Shown here: positions 37,942-40,191 of the stretch, piece after piece
Position numbering within the stretch: position 1 is the first letter of the stretch
Layout of the letters: each line of letters begins with the position of its first letter
Source of the DNA: a virus
Taxonomy: Duplodnaviria; Caudoviricetes
Virus record (IMG/VR): IMGVR_UViG_3300027707_000040
Location: 1 to 40,191 of that record
Length of the DNA stretch: 40,191 nucleotides
Direction: 5' to 3' (one strand)
Translations under genes and position numbers: made by a program
Notes under the pieces: generated by a model
Told to the model about the DNA's origin: nothing
Seen by the model: only the letters and a program-made list of their open reading frames with translations
Database searches by the model: none

Positions 37942-38601
37942 TTATTCATCATAATTAAATTTGGTAGCGTTGGCGGCTGTCCATCTGTCCTGATTTTCGC
38001 ATATCCAGGTTTTTGTTGAAAAGTTAAAGTATGGAATTTTTAAACTGGTAGACGGTGTTTGCGACTGGTGCTTCCATATTATACGATTATTGGGTTGAGC
38101 CGCAAACTGCCCATTGTCTAACTTTATGATATTAAATGATTTGTGTTCGTTTGGTGTTTCGGCCCAAGACACGTCCAATTCATTTGGCTCAGATGAACAT
38201 GAATCTATAGTAAACAAATAATAGCCAGGCGCTCTACTCTTATCTTTCATTACCACTTCGCATCTTGCATTTCGCAATCTCTGTTTTTTAATAACGGCAA
38301 TATTATATGAAAAACAATCCCAAAGCTGCAACCAATTTAAAGGATACAATTTATTTTTATCTACATCTGTTTTCCACACATAAGCATGTAAAGGTAATTT
38401 ATCATATAGCGCACCATAATTGTGTATCAGCGATTCAAAATATAATGCTTGATTTGGTATAGACTTTGTTGTTATCCAATGCGCCGATTCAAACTCTCCT
38501 TCGCCAAGTAATTGTTTATTGGCGTCATAATTAAAATCATAAAGAAATTCTTTTCTTATAAAGACCTCTATTGGTGGTGTGTTTGCTACCAAATATGGCA
38601 T
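37942..38601 (-). CDS. Conserved phage hypothetical protein
   Basis: Likely start ATG at 38601 (MPYLVANTPP); RKEFLYD, LYDKLPL, LQLWDCFSY and EHKSFNII.LDNGQFAAQPNNR motifs. Confidence 0.72.
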   Translation of the reverse strand: MPYLVANTPPIEVFIRKEFLYDFNYDANKQLLGEGEFESAHWITTKSIPNQALYFESLIHNYGALYDKLPLHAYVWKTDVDKNKLYPLNWLQLWDCFSYNIAVIKKQRLRNARCEVVMKDKSRAPGYYLFTIDSCSSEPNELDVSWAETPNEHKSFNIIKLDNGQFAAQPNNRIIWKHQSQTPSTSLKIPYFNFSTKTWICENQDRWTAANATKFNYDE

Positions 38602-38605
38602 AAAA

Positions 38606-39277
38606 TTAAACGTAAACCAATTCAAAATCTCCGTAATCATCAATAATACAATAAGAACATGACTCAGCACAAAAGCTCCCGGTATTGATGTATGTACATC
38701 TCGCAAAGTGCCGTATCTCCGGATAATGCGTATGTCCTGCCATGAGTATCTCTGCTGTTTTTTGATGCTTCAAGACAAACTTTGAACGAACAATATCTTT
38801 AGCTCTTATCCACGATTTGGATAGTCTTTTAATGTGTCGCGTAAGAGTGTGCGAAGGATCAAACTTTTGAAACCAGTAATATAAGCCGGTAAAGAACCAA
38901 GTGGCTAACGGACGCTCGCTGGTCCACCTATCATATTGATGACCGTGCTCTAAATAAAAACTTCTGTTGTTTATCACCATGCTATGGTTCTCAACAAAAT
39001 GCATTCCTGTAACTCCAGTAATAAACTCACAATCTTCATCATGGTTTCCGTGTACAAGAACAACACTGTGGGTCTTGGTTAGCTTTCTTATCTTTGATAA
39101 AATCTTCCAATCTTTTTTATCATACCGATGAAAACTATAATTATCAAAAAGATCTCCATTGATAATTAGAGTTTTAAAATTAAGATCAAGGACATTTAGA
39201 AACTTATCTTTCTGCGAGACACTTGTTCCTAAATGTATATCACTTACAACTAGTGTATTAATTTCTTCTCTATTCAT
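38606..39277 (-). CDS. Calcineurin-like metallophosphoesterase, LpxH/UDP-2,3-diacylglucosamine diphosphatase-like
   Basis: SDIHLG, NGDLFD, HGNHD, EHGH.YD, GHTH and YINTGSF motifs. Confidence 0.82.
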   Translation of the reverse strand: MNREEINTLVVSDIHLGTSVSQKDKFLNVLDLNFKTLIINGDLFDNYSFHRYDKKDWKILSKIRKLTKTHSVVLVHGNHDEDCEFITGVTGMHFVENHSMVINNRSFYLEHGHQYDRWTSERPLATWFFTGLYYWFQKFDPSHTLTRHIKRLSKSWIRAKDIVRSKFVLKHQKTAEILMAGHTHYPEIRHFARCTYINTGSFCAESCSYCIIDDYGDFELVYV

Positions 39278-40083
39278 CGCAAGCGTGTTATGTTTTTAAG
39301 ATACAAATTCTTTGGTCCGTTAGGCTTAGGCAAACTAACCATATCAGTTATCACAGCTATTTCAGCCGCGGCCATCTGTGTACCGCTAGTTGGATCGCTA
39401 AGACCTTTTAAGATAACATACCTCGCCATAACAGCAGGAAAATAAACTGTTTTTAATGTACGGTCAACTGCAAATGTTCCGCTGGCAACTGCAAGTCCTC
39501 TGTCTAATCGGCTAACGGACGCATAAAACTCGTATTGTCCAAGCGTACCGTTTAGCCAAGCGTCTTGACGAGGCAGATAGGTAAATCCTTTTATTGTTTG
39601 CGCTCCACCCAAGTCAATTTGAATTTCGTGCGGAAAAGGAGGTTTAGATTGCCTCCATGCAGTATGCCAAAAAGTGTTTGGGTTTTTATCAATTGCAAAA
39701 AAAGCATCATAGCCATTAACTTCCTCACTATCCACATACACCACTGCCGTTGTATATGTCACAGGCCAATCAGTATCGTTGGTAGGAATCACATAAGATA
39801 TTTCATCACTGTCTAAACTTTCCAGGCCTTCATCGGTAAAAGCACTGACCGCAAAGAAATACTGTGTGCCTTCAACCATATTTGGTATGGTTATTTCGGT
39901 CACTTTACCTGTAGGCACAACTACAGAATATAACTTTGAGGCAAGACCATATTTGAGTTTATAACCCGCGATGTTAGCTTCAGGATTGGCATCCCATGCA
40001 AGGGTCACCGCACTAGTACAGTGACCCGTAATACCTGTTAACCATAAACAAACCAATGCATACAACAAACAGGAGCGTCTCAT
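39274..40083 (-). CDS. Secreted/surface protein: signal peptide + FN3 domain + F5/8 type C (discoidin/CBM32) domain
   Basis: MRR plus hydrophobic leader; VTLAWDANPE.NIAGYKL.YG...YFFAVSA...GLES..S.E (FN3); AIDKNPNTFWHT.W....FPHEIQIDLG...GFTYLPRQ...NG...ARYV.L (discoidin). Confidence 0.82.
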   Translation of the reverse strand: MRRSCLLYALVCLWLTGITGHCTSAVTLAWDANPEANIAGYKLKYGLASKLYSVVVPTGKVTEITIPNMVEGTQYFFAVSAFTDEGLESLDSDEISYVIPTNDTDWPVTYTTAVVYVDSEEVNGYDAFFAIDKNPNTFWHTAWRQSKPPFPHEIQIDLGGAQTIKGFTYLPRQDAWLNGTLGQYEFYASVSRLDRGLAVASGTFAVDRTLKTVYFPAVMARYVILKGLSDPTSGTQMAAAEIAVITDMVSLPKPNGPKNLYLKNITRLR

Positions 40084-40084
40084 A

Positions 40085-40191
40085 TTATTTCCCTATAACT
40101 GAGGTAGTAGTAGTGGTTGTGACGCGTACAACACGCTTCACAAATACACCCTTCGGACTGAGCGGTGCAGCGGGAATAAGCAGTGTCGGGG
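40085..40191 (-). CDS. 3' end of an upstream gene entering from the right edge (partial)
   Basis: Open frame ...PTLLIPAAPLSPKGVFVKRVVRVTTTTTTSVIGK* stops 1 nt before the next ATG. Confidence 0.55.
   Translation of the reverse strand, partial: PTLLIPAAPLSPKGVFVKRVVRVTTTTTTSVIGK

Noticed and set aside
1-40191. tRNA/rRNA genes, introns, inteins or genetic-code reassignment
   Set aside because: Intergenic gaps are very short, core genes are uninterrupted in the standard code, and no such signatures were seen by eye.

Overview
This window is a segment of a large T4-like (Tevenvirinae/Kyanoviridae-like superfamily) myovirus genome. From left to right: (i) the 5' end of a collagen-like (Gly-X-Y) fibre gene and a small virion protein; (ii) an AT-rich, convergently arranged cluster of a GT29/sialyltransferase-like protein, two radical SAM/SPASM enzymes, two more glycosyltransferase-like proteins and a PLP aminotransferase, inserted between fibre genes; (iii) an S74-chaperone tail fibre and the baseplate module (DUF4815/VrlC-like, gp8, gp7, gp6, gp25, a cadherin-like + 3D-domain protein, a gp5 split into an OB+CHAP gene and a beta-helix gene, hub, enlarged gp53, gp48); (iv) gp4, gp2, a tube-like protein, gp26, gp51, tape measure and PAAR; (v) thioredoxin, gp32, gp59, gp33 and accessory genes (SET domain, LpxH-like phosphoesterase, secreted FN3+discoidin protein). 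The most notable signals are a T-TTT-TTC slippery site that would fuse gp26 to gp51 by -1 frameshift just upstream of the tape measure (lambda G/GT-like), the putative glycan-synthesis/modification cluster beside the fibre genes, the genetically split gp5, and TATAAATA late promoters close enough to start codons to imply leaderless or near-leaderless mRNAs. All family assignments come from motif recognition by eye; no database searches were run.
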